DNA of 64,000 nucleotides. Origin: Dimargaris cristalligena. Lineage: Eukaryota. Every line of letters begins with the position of its first letter. Within the stretch, counting starts at the first letter, position 1. The stretch is from NCBI GenBank assembly GCA_003614675.1, contig ML002208.1, positions 1-64,000 of the forward strand, given 5' to 3'. A model generated the notes under the pieces. That model did not search any database, had not been told where the DNA came from, and saw only the letters and a program-made list of their open reading frames with translations. The translations under genes and the position numbers were made by a program. Shown here piece by piece: positions 1-13,200 of this stretch.

Positions 1-340
1 CCGGAGACCTCTCCTGTCTTTACCCCCCCCCCCCAAAGTTGTGTATCCTCTTCTCTTCTCTAAACTAATTGGTACTCTTACCCCCCCCCCCCCCATCCCA
101 AATTATCACTACGGTTGCACACGAATCTGTATGTGTAATGGTAAAATAGAAGGAATGGGCTGCAGTAGGCCCATCCATTGGCATACTCATATAAAATTCC
201 CGGCCCGGCTACCCACAAGCACTCGTCTGTATCTCGCTTTGTATCATCCCCCCTCTCGGATTTTGACACGGTCATTTCTAGTCTTCATATCTTGACACCG
301 ATTCTCCACCCATTCACTCCACCTCTTTATGCGTACCACT

Positions 341-2114
341 ATGCCGTCGCGCCGACTCGCCAGCACCTTGGCCGCCTTCGATTTCGACTGGTAATTCATT
401 AAACTTAAATATTTTGCACCTTTAGGTTTCCGCTCCCCCGATGGGCTAGTTGCTCGTCCGTTTGCAATATAGCTATCCCCGGTCACTGTCGGGGGGCACC
501 TTAACCTACCAAAGAACGAGCCGCTAGAAACATTGCTCCAGGGATAATGTAAATTATTCACCAACTATATACTAACCTATTCCACTAATCCACTGCTACA
601 TTAATTGGCCGTGGCCACATCCTACCCATTTTTAGGACCCTAATCGACGAAGACAGGTAAGCGAGACTGGTAAATATTATTTGAGCCCTACAATTCGGCC
701 TGAGTGAGCCATCGTTCCTTTAGGGGGATTGTAGCAAAGCCCAGCATCCCCGTTTGAAGAAGAAATCACTCGATACTTTTACCAAGTTTGACTAAGGTAT
801 TAATAGTATTCCCATCGACCCTTTATAACGTATTCCTAACGGCCAACCCCATTTCACGGTCGGACTCAACATATTCTGTTTAGTGACACCTTTCTTTTAG
901 ACACTCTCTCCAAACCCATCTCCGAGAAATTTCACGCTGCCGTGCGTGAATCGCCCTGGATTTACGCCATTGTAAGTGATATTATGTAATGTAGTATATC
1001 TACTGACGACTATCGTTTCAAATCATCGCCAAGATGAGCCGCCTTAATGCGGATGAGAAGGCATTATGTCTAACCCCAATTGCCTAATTTTTAACATACA
1101 TGTGCGCCTTTCTAGAATGAGAGCACGCAAGCGCTTGGCCGGTCCGGGGTGAGCAGAGCCCGGGTGGAGTGGGCCCTCGATAAATTACAAATGAAACCGG
1201 CTGTGGTCGAAATGCTTCACTACATCAAGGAGCAGGGTGCCGACCTGTACGTTATATCGGATGCCAATACTTTTACTATCGAACACGTGTTGAAGCGGCA
1301 TGGGGTATTGGATCTATTCTCGGGAGTCGTGGCCAATCCGGCCGAATGGACTAGTATGACGGCCTCCCAGCCGCCCCTCTTAACGATCAAGCCCTACAAT
1401 CCAGCCTCCGGTCCTCACGGTTGCACTCGGGAGTCGGTCGTGGTCCAGGGTCAGACATGCACATTCAACCTATGCAAGGGCCAGGTCATTGCCCGGCTTA
1501 TTCGTCAGGGAGGCTACCGCCATACTGTTTACGCCGGAGACGGCGCTAATGATTTTTGCCCATCATGTCAGTTAAATAGGTTAGTGGATTTTTCGGTTAG
1601 CATATCCCTTGTGAATTCACTTTGGTGATGACCCACTGTCACCACTTCTCCCACCAGGACCCCGATCTGTTAACATCAAGGTGCAGTGGTTTGTGGCAAC
1701 ATATGGTTGTCCTTAGTCGTAGAGCTTCCCCCACATTTCGCCCGTGCCAGTATTATTCCTCGACTAACCCCGTTTTGGTGGTGTATGGGGTCCGACTCTA
1801 TTTATATCATATCCCCTAGTACGGACTTTGTTCTTCCTCGGACCGGAAAAACGCTGAATGCTATCCTGAGTGACCCGGATTCGCGCGCCCAGATTACCGC
1901 AAAAGTCATGTACTGGTCGACTGTGGAGGACCTGGGCAGTGTAATGCGAATTTCACTATCCATGATTGCCGCCTTTCAGGAGCACATAACTATCCACAGT
2001 GACATTATTAGTAAGTACCCTTTAATAACATGGTTTGTAAAAAAAGTCTCGGCTTTCCCTCTGGGCTACACCAGGCTTAGCCGCGTTATCCTTCAAATAG
2101 GTCTTCAAGTGTAA
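341..2114 (+). CDS. PHOSPHO1/PHOSPHO2-like HAD phosphatase (pyridoxal-phosphate / phosphoethanolamine phosphatase family), 5 exons
   Basis: Reconstructed exons 341-390, 636-656, 884-971, 1116-1579, 1820-2114 with GT-AG introns and a continuous frame. The spliced protein gives HAD motif I AFDFDWTLIDEDSD, then ISDANTFTI, NLCKG, YAGDGANDFCP and DFVLPR, typical of this family. An alternative in-frame ATG lies at 329. The 3' end is uncertain (possible donor gtaagt near 2011). Confidence 0.85.
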
Positions 2115-3852
2115 ACCATCTTTCGAATAGCATTCGGATGTTTAATAGGCCCCCCTAGTGTCACTTGTTGGTTGATTGTTTCAAATGACTGTCTCTGATT
2201 CGCATACACATTGGCCATTACTTGGTTTACCGCCCCCTTGCATCTGTCAATACCAATAGGCACGAAAAATGGTGCCAAACGCACAGTCCCCCCACTCAAT
2301 ACCTAATGAATCAGTATCTTTGCTGAACTACAATCAGGCCGCTTTCGAAGGGCGCACTCCTATCGATCAGAAAATGGTTGCCAATTAACGTCGGATGCAG
2401 TTGACTGAGCCATGTCTGATCTGTCGCAGCGGTTAAACCCTTGTATTATGCATTATATTATTATCTAGTCTATTACCAAACATCACCCCCCAACCACTCC
2501 CTTCTGTATATTCAAATGCCATAGAATTGGATTTTAGATTTTAGGACCTTCTTAATGCAGGCACCTTTAGACCCTAGTTTACCAGCTCGAGTTTGGATCT
2601 ACAAGAACCCAACCTATTAATGAACCCTATGTTCTTGTGTAGTTTTGTATTACTCGCTGGTCGTTTACAACCGGCCGCAAACTCAATAAACCTTCAGCTT
2701 TTATTTTTTCACCCAATATGCATAGATAAACATACTAATATCTCAGATATAATTCCATCGGGCTGCACTACAATATCAATAATTTAGTAGTCTCGTAATT
2801 ACAATATTAATGTATTGAATAGAGTGGATAACCGTCAACTTTTCCGACATGCGACGGGTACCAGTATTTTCCTAGGGTCAGCACCATTGTCACGTAAGGC
2901 CACTGTATAAATTGAGCTGTGCTATTAAACATATTTTTAGCTAAATGGCCATTGAATCCTACGCTGAATGGCTTGTGACCACGTGAGCCGTTCACGACAT
3001 GGAACGAAAAGCTGGTGCACTAAGCGAAAGATGGACTAAATGTTGTAATCGAATCAAATATACATGATTGCCCATCTCGCATCCTGCATAACCGAAGACC
3101 TTGATGGCCTGTCGATCCAGGATTATGCCTAAACGCACTAGTACATATAACTGAGTGTGCTCGTAAGCCAAACGACCTGTTCCGCTGAGACATTCTTTGG
3201 TTTACTGTAGTTGGAAGGATACCCAACACGGCCACCACCATTATCTGCCAATGTTTAAACCGCTGGGTTATTATAAAGGGCCACAGCCACCTTTCCCATT
3301 AGCCTGTTTACGACTAGCTGAAATCTCCCCCTTCTCACCACCTGATGACGTCTCCTAAACAGCTGCCCGTGTCACGCCCAGGTCAATGGGTGGTCAGCCG
3401 AGACGCTGGTTTAAACCTTACCCTCTAAATACTACCCTTTCCCCTTACCGTACCATCTTTAACCGCCTCCTTAGAGAGAGCTCCATGGGCAATATCCTCT
3501 TAACTGTACCATTAACTTTGGGGGGATAGACATGAGAAATCGCGTTCACCCCCAGTAGTATCTGGAGTGGCTATTTAACGACCCGACCTCCCTCCGTACT
3601 GACTTATGTATTTTACCTACCAATTACAGCAGCTTATTCAAAGTCATTAATATTTAAATTATCTGGATTATCGATTTTAACCCCAGCTATCTACGCCTGG
3701 CTTAGGGTACAATTCTTTTACCTAATACTCGCATCTCTGTTTATGCAACAGATATCGCCCTCCCTTTAGCCTATTTGCGGGAAATTGCTGAGCCGTCCAA
3801 TTCCGGAATATCCACTGTGAGCAAACTCAGTAAGGGCCGCCTTCTTATTAGC

Positions 3853-4573
3853 ATGGGTGGTAGGTCGCCATATTCACTCAGTACTGTTTCCTGGCCCGCC
3901 CCTTGCGGGAAGCAAAGTATGTCGGGTATTGATGATTAATACCCGATGTCTATCCTAATATATTATCCCGATGCCTATCTATTTATGAGCAATATCATTT
4001 TTTTTTGCAGGAATGTGCACCCGTCACTGCCAGCCAGAGTACGAAGAAATGGTGGAAGAGTCCCATGGACCGACCACCTACAGTATTGACCGTGATAGTG
4101 TCTTCTCCAGCACCAGGCATATTTCGGATGAAACCGGGCGAGTCGTATTTGTGAAGAAAACCGACCGCCTCGGCCTACACAAGGAGTTATTTGATGCCAC
4201 CACCAACGAGGTGATCTGGGAGCATCGGTCGAAGCAATTCCTGATCCACAAGCGGAAATACGCCTATAGGCGACTGCCTATAAAGGTCACCCTATCCTTG
4301 GAATGGGGCCTTCATCGAACCAAGTATAATTTCCAATGGCAGGGTGCGCGCTATCACTGGAAGAATCCTTCGGTCTTTGGTGCCGACTACCAATGTACTG
4401 CCGATCAATCCGGTGAGGTTTTGGCTGAATTCAAGGGCAATTTATTATCGCGTCATGTCGGCAGTCTTACCATTTATCCGCTAGCGAGAAGCATGACCGG
4501 TTTCCCCGAGCTTTTGATATTCTCGTTGATCGACCTAATTGAACTACAGCCCAATTCAGTCAATTCCGATTAG
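3853..4573 (+). CDS. Hypothetical protein, LURP-one/tubby-C-like (DUF6593-type) beta-rich domain
   Basis: 186-aa ORF 4013-4573 with pattern KYNFQWQGARYHWK...GEVLAEF...VGSLTI...ELLIFS. It is preceded by a strong acceptor (t-tract + gcag ending at 4010). A putative first exon 3853-3916 (donor gtatgt at 3917) splices in frame. The family call is by resemblance only. Confidence 0.6.
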
Positions 4574-6811
4574 TAGCCCTCCCTTCCTCAAACCAATTTT
4601 CACAACCGGCCGGACGGTTAAAGCAATCCATCAGTAAAACTATTGCGAACCATTCATCCACAATTAAGGGGAAGGGGGTAAACCTGCCCCTATATGGATA
4701 TGGGAGAGGTTCAACCAGACTGTATAACGAAAAATTCATCGGACGAGGAAAATACTACTGGCTGAAAATGAATCACCCACTCATCTTCTCATTTTCTCAT
4801 ACACTTATCATTTAAATCCCCATACAGCTGGGTCGAATATCACCCATTTATATCCAGTAATAAGTACCGACAGGTGGCGACTCTACTCTCAATACCACTC
4901 CCGATCTTAGGCCTCTTAGTTGGGTGTGCGCCGTCTGTTTTCCTTACCACGTTCTCTGCATATTTTATACGACGAATTCCTGAATTAAACTGGTCTTATT
5001 TCCGTATTGCTTTTCTTTTTCAATCGGATACGTACACCAGCCCACGATTTCCGGTCAAGGGGGTCTCAGGGCCAGTCTTGTTGAGGAGGGGTTTTTTTAG
5101 TGACCAGCCGTAATAATTCGTTGGCATCTTCCTTTGCTTACCCTTAACAATCCCCACCGCATTACTATTCCACTCTATACTATCCGGTAGGGGGCGGGGC
5201 ACTGAAGGCCACCCCCATACCAAAATAAATAAGGAAAGTGTAATGTTACACTGCTGTCAAATTAATAGTTAAGTGTGTTTGTCACGGAGTCTATACTTCT
5301 ATGGGGCTATGAAACATTATCACTAAATCGCTCTGGGTCAATATGATGCTCTGCCATATGCTAGGGATTACGGAAACCCCCAGTGTCGTAATATGACCAG
5401 GTTTGGCCCCAACAGCTGGAAACAGTGATTAAACTATAGGTGTGAAACATGTCCCCACCTCCCCCGTGATAATAATCCATTACCCAAAACCTACTCGAAT
5501 ACATGATGATTGGGCGTGGAGGTTTCACCTCCGATATATCCGTCCCGCCCCAATGAGGGTTTTACTAAACGGCGCAGACGACCGCCAGCCCAAGTTAAAC
5601 AGTAAGGGCTAAGCACTCGAGTTTGAGTGAGTGTAGTTCCGCCAGTTACTACGATTGATAAACAACAGCTCTACCATTAGGTACTTAGGTACCCTTACAC
5701 TAGTAGACCAGCCTCCCTCTAACCAGACGCTCAGCAATGCTCGCTGGCTAGAAACCAACGAAACATCATTAGTTCAGTGTGACAGCCTAGAGTTGTAACT
5801 AATGCCCTGTCACCAATCCACTATTACCTAAATAAAGGGCCATTCCACCACTTAGTACTAATCCCAATGAGACAACGTCGTTGGACTAGCCTGGATGCCA
5901 AAAAATAAAACTCATATTTAAAAAATCTCGGTCGACTGTTTTAAAGAAATTAGTAAAGCCACGTACAGTACGCACCCACTATGGTAACATATGGATGAAA
6001 TTCAAACCAGCTGTATAAGGTTTTACGTAATACGTGTATGGGCGAATATGTGAGAATAGCTTTTAACCAGTAATATTGACCTCATCCAATGGATGTTTCG
6101 TTATACAGCCTGAATGAACTTCTCCCATATCGTATTAGGTCAGTACTTTGCACTTGAAAGTCTTTCCATATTATCACCTTGATCGTGACGGAATAGGCGG
6201 GATTCTTGGACAGCTGAATAAGACGAGAGTCCCAAATCACCAACTTTGTGGCACTTGATCGAGCCCTACTTATTAATACCGTTATAGGCGCCGGACAGAC
6301 CGACACTAACCGGATGGGGTTTTAGTAATCTTTAAGCGGGCGCGGTGGTATAGGATACCCTTACAATAGGTCGGAAGCCAGATGCTGGCGTTGAACCATT
6401 TAGTTACCTTTGACGTAACAAGTGACAGCAGTTGGGTTTAAATTCCAGTATGGTCCGCCTTCTACACCCGATTAAAAGGCCATTGCGATGCGAAACCCGC
6501 CACACCAAGTTTTACCAGTCGGCCCCCAGCCACAACGGTCTGAGACTTCCACTAACGTTTACCAAATGAACCGCCCCGCACAACAACACTACATATCTTG
6601 AGGGAATTAAATATTATCATCGAGCGACTGGGAGAACCCCTGTAAAAATATGCGCCATCGTTTTAAACGTAATCCCGCCACATTGTCTGAGATGGCCCGT
6701 TGAGGAGCGCCGAGTCCCTTTGATGCTGTGTTTCCCATATCTGCCAGATGCCCCCTTTATACCGCTGCCTGTTAACCAGAGCGATTCAAGACCCCATCGA
6801 ATTCCAGCGGA

Positions 6812-6819
6812 TATAAATA
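6812..6819 (+). promoter_or_regulatory. Putative TATA box of the chitin-binding protein gene
   Basis: TATAAATA 208 nt upstream of ATG 7020. Confidence 0.45.
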
Positions 6820-7019
6820 CGCCATCTAGTCCTCGGCGGTACAAATAATTATCACCTACTTCATTCCGTTGCATTTCGACTCCTTCCGCACTTATCCTTG
6901 GAACTATCGGCTGAATAGCTTCCCTTGTGAACCGCCTAGTATACTCCACCCATTATTATCCAATTGTTTGTCACTCGTAGACCTTTTCTCTCCCACCCAC
7001 AATATCGCCACATTCCAAA

Positions 7020-8267
7020 ATGCAGTTCAGCAAGATCACCATCACCTCCTTCCTCCTGGCCGCTCTAGCCGTGTCCACCACTTTCGCCGATGTGTCCACC
7101 AACGGCCAGTGTGACGAGAACACCTCCTGCCCCGACGGCTCCTGCTGCTCCTGGTGGGGATACTGCGGTACTTCTGACCTTCACTGCGGGGACAGCTGTA
7201 TCTTCCAGTGCCCCAGCGGTCGCAACGCCACCTCCCTCGAGGAAGGCCAGACCCGCTCGACCGACGGCCGCTGTTCCGAGAACGTGCTGTGCCCTCCCAG
7301 CAACTGCTGCTCCAAGTGGGGCTGGTGCGGTAGCACCACCGCTCACTGCGGCGCCGGCTGCCAGTTCCAGTGCAACGATGGCTCCGGCGGTCACGGTGCT
7401 GGTAACTGCACAGAGAACAACTCCGGCATGGCCACCATCACCAACAGCGACGGTGCCGTCGTAGTGGTGCCCACTGGCAGCGGTTCGACCGGTGCCCCCG
7501 TCTCAACTATCAGCTCCGCCACCGGTTCCCACTCCGGCTCCGCCTCGACCACCGGCTCCCAGTCTGGTTCGGCCTCGGCCACTAGTTCCCACTCCGGTTC
7601 CGCCACCAGCTCCCACTCCGGTTCGGCCACTAGCTCCCACTCCGGATCCGCCACTGGCTCGCAGTCCAGTTCCGGCTCCGCCTCGGCCACCGGCTCTGAA
7701 TCCGAATCCGGCTCCGCCTCAGCCACTGGCTCTGAGTCTGAGTCCGGCTCCGCCTCGGCCACGGGTTCTGAATCTACGTCTGGCTCCGCCTCGGCCACTG
7801 GCTCTGAATCCCAGTCCGGCTCGGAAGCGTCCACTGAAACCACCACTGTCATCATCGGCGAATCCTCGTCCGGCGCGGAATCCGAATCCGCTACTGGCGT
7901 CGTCACCGAATCTTCCACCGAACTCGTCACTGCCTCCCCGACCGGTGTCGTCACCGAATCCTCCACCAAGCTCGTCACCGAGACCGGCGCCGGTGGCGGT
8001 CGCGAGACCATCACCCGATCGACCACGGAATCCTCGACCCACTTGGCCACCCTGTCCTCTTCGGAGACCACGACTGCCTCCACCACCCAGGTCGTTACCC
8101 AATCTTCCGAGGCTACCGTCACCACCACTCCTCCCGTGATTGTGACCGAGTCCGCTACCGACATCATCACCCAGTCTGCCACGGACGCCGAAACCGAGAC
8201 CCACAGCGAAATCGTGATCACTTCCGTGGTTGTGGTCACTGGTACCGCCACGGTCACCAGTACCTAA
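7020..8267 (+). CDS. Secreted protein with two hevein-like chitin-binding (CBM18) domains and a long Ser/Thr/Gly/Glu-rich stalk
   Basis: Signal peptide MQFSKITITSFLLAALAVSTTFA. Two 8-Cys modules with CCSWWGYCG and CCSKWGWCG. Strong C-ending codon bias, low-complexity S/T tail, single exon. Confidence 0.92.
   Translation: MQFSKITITSFLLAALAVSTTFADVSTNGQCDENTSCPDGSCCSWWGYCGTSDLHCGDSCIFQCPSGRNATSLEEGQTRSTDGRCSENVLCPPSNCCSKWGWCGSTTAHCGAGCQFQCNDGSGGHGAGNCTENNSGMATITNSDGAVVVVPTGSGSTGAPVSTISSATGSHSGSASTTGSQSGSASATSSHSGSATSSHSGSATSSHSGSATGSQSSSGSASATGSESESGSASATGSESESGSASATGSESTSGSASATGSESQSGSEASTETTTVIIGESSSGAESESATGVVTESSTELVTASPTGVVTESSTKLVTETGAGGGRETITRSTTESSTHLATLSSSETTTASTTQVVTQSSEATVTTTPPVIVTESATDIITQSATDAETETHSEIVITSVVVVTGTATVTST
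7524..7823 (+). repeat. Intragenic coding tandem repeats (24-30-bp SHSGSAT-type units, then 4 x 36-bp SGSASATGSESx units at 7671-7814)
   Basis: Directly visible repeated tccggctccgcctcggccac units with mostly synonymous variation. Confidence 0.85.
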
Positions 8268-8948
8268 ATTGCCGGCCTACTAGAGTGATGTGCCTGGGAC
8301 GTTGAACCCGACCAGTACTCCACCCTCCCTAGTTTAGCCTTTCATGTAAACCTTGCCAGCCTGATGATTTGACTGCGCATAGCGCCCTTTAGCCACTTTC
8401 ACGACCCTGCCGCTATGGGCGTGATACTGTATCTTGGCATATAGCCCTGCTTATTTTAGGGCTGCGAGCCGCATATTTTTACATATCCCGATTAGCTTAC
8501 GCACTGCTTTATTTTGCATTAAACATACTAAATGTGTAAATTCTTAAATTAGACTTCAAAATGCATAGTACATAATAAATTTGCATTTAATGAATAACAT
8601 CGGAGTCAAAATCTAAAGGAATGAAATATTATCTACAGGTTATATAATAATGCCGGGATCCGTATGATACATGGGTGGATGGGATGGGCACAAAAATGGT
8701 TTTAACTAAACCGGTAAGTTCGAAAAAAACCCCCCGGATTTTCGATAAGGGGGGTTAAAGCTCATAGCTTAGTTATAATAGGACCCAGCCAAGGACTCGG
8801 GTATCGTCGCGTCACGCGCCCCCTTGTCAAATGCGGTGCTATTCATAAGAGTTACTCATCTAGCGAGTAACAGTGGACCTACCAAGTCGATCAACTTCCC
8901 TGACTATCCCTAAATGGGTCAAAAAAATATCGGCTATGATGATGCCTT

Positions 8949-10208
8949 TTAATTAAGAAGCGATTGAATACTGAGTTTCGGTGTGCGCATCGATGGGGTG
9001 GGTGACGGATATACGCCAAGAACCTGGGGCGAAGGCGAATGGTATGCCTGGAGACTTGTCGGGGTGATGGACCGGCTGGCAGTTAATGGCAACCTGGTTT
9101 CTATGGGGGTGGACTTCAGAATTGACGCCAAACTAGGCAGACCCCTACTAGCCGGTGGGTTTTCTTGCATCCGACTGGGACTCGCATTATTCGTAGGCGA
9201 TGGGGCGATTCTGATAGGCCTGGTATAAGGGGACCGGGGATGACCACAATTGGGTAGGGTGGACATAGGGTGCCCGAAGGGGGGAGGGTACGCCGAGTAC
9301 AAAACACAGCCGGGAGGTAATTGTTCTCCTGAGACAGGCTTTTGGGGATGATTACGGGCGGGGTTAGGCGCTGGCATGTTACCATGCCACATCGGCCGAC
9401 CCCCGGGTGCTAATCTTTCCGGCTCCTCAGTTGGAGGGGTCGGTGGGCTCCAGTTAGGCCGGGGCCCGATTGGGGGACAATGTGGTGCAGCCAAAGCGGG
9501 CTGGGGCCTGGATGAGGGGCTAATGCGGATATTTACAGGGGCGGGCTTAGGAAGTATAAGTCGTTGAGTATGTGTCCCGGCGTTCGAGCGCGAACCATCT
9601 AGGTGGAGCGGAGCCGGACCTGGGGATGACCAGGGAGTGTGGACACAGGCGGTAGGTCCGGAAGGGAGCTGATTGTTGGGGGTGATATCATGATCAATCA
9701 ATGACAAACTGGCCGGCGGGCTGGTTCGGCTAGCCTCGGCCTTCTTTTTGGCTGACTGACGTTTATTTTGGAACCAAATCTGGATATACCGGGGGCCAAT
9801 GCCCAGCTGGTGGGCCAGGCGAAGTTTAATGGCCTTCGTGGGCATGGGATTATCCCTAAATGCAGCATCAAGGACGGCCTGCTCCTTCTCTTTCAGGCGA
9901 TGCCGCTTCTGTTTAAAGGTGGCTTTACGGGAGAGGCCAAGCTGAAACCCCACGGGTCCTTCGTTAATCCACCCAATTTTGCGCTTTAATGACTCAGCTA
10001 CCATCGATAGCGTGTTGGGAACGATGGGCACGAGGCCAGGGATGGTAGGGGTCTGCGACGGAATGGTTCGCGAAGTGAATCTGGCCCTTGCCACACTGGA
10101 TAATAAAGGCGAACTTGCTCGGCGTTTCATAGGGACTAGATAGTTTTGGCGACGGGGGTGAGCTACTGCTGCACTACCGAGCAAGGGGCGCGATTGGTAA
10201 GCATGCAT
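8949..10208 (-). CDS. Homeodomain transcription factor (Yox1/Yhp1-like WFQNKR type) with Pro-rich tail
   Basis: KQKRHRL...LDAAFRDNPMPTKAIKLRLAHQLGIGPRYIQIWFQNKRQSAKKK is a canonical homeodomain within a 419-aa ORF. Confidence 0.9.
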   Translation of the reverse strand: MHAYQSRPLLGSAAVAHPRRQNYLVPMKRRASSPLLSSVARARFTSRTIPSQTPTIPGLVPIVPNTLSMVAESLKRKIGWINEGPVGFQLGLSRKATFKQKRHRLKEKEQAVLDAAFRDNPMPTKAIKLRLAHQLGIGPRYIQIWFQNKRQSAKKKAEASRTSPPASLSLIDHDITPNNQLPSGPTACVHTPWSSPGPAPLHLDGSRSNAGTHTQRLILPKPAPVNIRISPSSRPQPALAAPHCPPIGPRPNWSPPTPPTEEPERLAPGGRPMWHGNMPAPNPARNHPQKPVSGEQLPPGCVLYSAYPPPFGHPMSTLPNCGHPRSPYTRPIRIAPSPTNNASPSRMQENPPASRGLPSLASILKSTPIETRLPLTASRSITPTSLQAYHSPSPQVLGVYPSPTPSMRTPKLSIQSLLN

Positions 10209-13200
10209 GACTTGGAGGAAGGATAGAGCAGCCTAGTCTGTTTCGCTCGGTATCAGAGGGAATTATAAGGATACGACGGAATTGAAGGGGAATGGTGATA
10301 ATCGGGCACGGGAGATATGGAATTTGACTAATATGGCTCCTAAAAAGACGAAATAAGCGGACAAGTATCCCAATAGCCTCAATTACGGAGCAGCTTATTT
10401 TGGGGCGATAACAGGCTTGGTGTCGCGTAAGCCGAAGGGTTGGCACTGATTAGGTAGGCCAGGCGTGAGAAGGAAAGGGAAGGACAGATGTGCGGCATTA
10501 AAGTGTACGTGCGTACACCTAAAAAAATTGGATGAAAAGGGGGTAAGGCCGGACCAACTATAGCGAAAAAAAATTAAATATACAACCAACAAAGGGGGGA
10601 TGGGGTATTTATAGGGGGCCAGCACCTCCAACCGCGGCCCTTAAGCGGTGGCCAGTTACTGGGACGAGAAAAGGGTCCTGGTTGGCCGACTTAACTATGA
10701 ATTCCAACATTAGGACTAATGCGGGCCCAACTCCGTATACCTCCCTCCCCTCCATTTCCGCTCTTCCTTTCTCCTGCTGCTATGAGTAACACCTAGCCAT
10801 TGTACTAAATGCCTAAAATATCCCCAGCCGGCACACGCTCTCTGGACTCTACCTCTATCCAAAACAAGATAATCCCTTATCTGGGAGTCGAAACCAGCTT
10901 CCTAAAAGCACTGCCCTGCCACAGCTAGGGCTAAAAAACGCAACGAGTCTCCCCCCCTTTGCGGTGGAAATTATCCGGTTGAGGGAGGGAAGGGCGCGAT
11001 AATTAACCGCCCTCCCCCTTGGCCAGCATTCCCCCCTCCTCCCACACACGGTAGCTACCTCCGTACTGGTGGGATGCATTATAGTCGTGTAACCTCGATT
11101 GAAGCAAGCTAATGGCCTAAGCTACCCGCTGGAATGGTGAATTCGGAGATCAAATAGGACCCGTTGTCCATTAAACTACTGTTCCCTCCAACCAATTGCC
11201 TTTGGCCGGTCCCCTCGTCATGGCGAGGTCCTTCCCGAGGGTAGAACAGCGCCATTAATTGGGTAGACAATCCGCATGAAACCTATACAACAGGCCCATG
11301 GATTTGGAGATAGTAATGTACCGCCTCTCTGAGATTTATCCTATTATAAATGAGTAAAAGATTCGCAGTTGCCCTATTGGGCCAAGTGGCAATGAAACAG
11401 CGATGCCAGTGCCGGATAATGGCTATGGAATGGACCCTTAACTTCGATACAATGGACCCAGTCCTCCCCCCTTCCTTTACACTAAAATTATAAAAGGACC
11501 CAGACCAATAGGAACAGGGAATACTTGAGGATTAAAAGGGAAAATAAAGGGACATCAACCCAATGAGGCTGTGGCCCAAAGACGCATGCCACCAATAGTT
11601 ACATTGTGGGTCGAGGTCACGCCGAAACCGCCATTAGTTACTATGGTCATAGTATAATCGAAAAGAGCGTAGGTGAAAATGAGGCTTTAAATTTTACGGC
11701 GGGGACATGGTGTACCAACGACCTATTAATGTTATCCCATGAAGGGCCCCAAGTACTTTCAGCGAGACAAGTTAGCTTGGCGGTGTTCAGCTCAAGGCTT
11801 TAACTAGACCGCTGCTGGGAACCCAGCGTAGGTATATTTAAAATACTATGGATGTAGTGCCTATGGGTTGAGCGGATGCACATTGGATGAATCTGGGAAG
11901 CCCGCTAGGCGATGCGAAACCCCCTCCTATCACCGCGCCTTGTATTTTTATTTTTAAAACAAGGCCTTGGGTAGTTTACGCTGGACACCATTGTTTTTTG
12001 CATTGGCTAACCAACGGGGAAGGGTTGGCGGACTTTCCGTTGAGGGGGTCTGCTATTAGGAATTCTGAATCATAAACCAGCGAATACCATGCCTGTAAGC
12101 CTTCGTACCAATAACCAAGATCCCCAACCCCACTCTATCTCTTTAATCGTAGGTAAAAATGGCGAATGGCCCGGGCCATGGAGGATAATTAGAGGAAAGG
12201 TAGAATACACTAACCCAGTTGCCCGATCCCCATCTACGGACAGGTGCTATTATTCAATTGGGGTAGTCCGTTCGGTTGTTTCATGGATTCGGGCAATAGC
12301 CCATTAAACCAATGTGAGTGGGTGGGCTTTGTAACTACTCCGTAAATTGCCAAAAGAGTAAGTTGTGATAAAAAAGGCACGGTGGGATGGTTATGATAAC
12401 CCGCAAGACACCCATGTTAAACCGCCGACTAAAAAAACGGGTATTTGGTTTATGATAAAAAAGTGTTAAAAAATCCACACCGTACTTCTACCGATTAATG
12501 AGGCAACCTACCACTAGGGAAGACTGCTTCATTGGAAAAGGACTGGGACAGCTCCAGGGAGGCTGGGCAAAGGTATTGTATATCCAAAGTATACTTACAG
12601 GTCTCAACCGCCTTCCAGTATTGCCGACTAGCCTGTCCAACAATCCCTATACTGTAATAGCGCGGTTCATTCAAATTAAACGTATCCCAAAAATATAATG
12701 GGACCCAGTATGGGTTGTGGATACGAGTTTAGGGTTAGCAAGCATATCATATTGGCGGCCGCCGGTCGGCAAAACTAAGCTGGTACCTCTAGGTCGCGAA
12801 ATTCATGCGGCCGCCTGCCCAACTTGGAACCGTGTGCCCAGTCACTGCTGCTGAGGATAGGCGCACTTTCTATAGACATACGGTAACTTTTACTAATGCG
12901 CGTAACTAGCCAGCTACGGAGTATGTTTACCGCGTTGAACAACCACAGCTGGCGAATAAGCTGCCCCAAGTCGGGGGAGTTGGGCACATGGGCCACCACC
13001 TACGGGGGTGCACGGGTGTTCTATAATAGGTAATTGCAATAAAACCCCTTTTTATTTGTGAGATGACATATCCCCTGGTGAGTATATAGGTTTTTTCATG
13101 TAGTTTGAGACGGAAATCCCGAGCACAGTCCATGGTGTCTTGGCGCAAATGACCCAATGCCCGATAGTATTGTTGAATGACTGTGGCCAGGAGGTTCTGA

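Noticed and set aside
1625-1631. Box C motif (GTGATGA) inside a phosphatase intron, suggesting an intronic C/D snoRNA
   Set aside because: No CTGA box D downstream within the intron.
8728-8871. Short inverted repeats (AACCCCCC/GGGGGGTT; GTTACTC/GAGTAAC) between convergent genes
   Set aside because: Stems of 7-8 bp, partly homopolymeric, are within chance expectation; bacterial-type terminators are irrelevant here.
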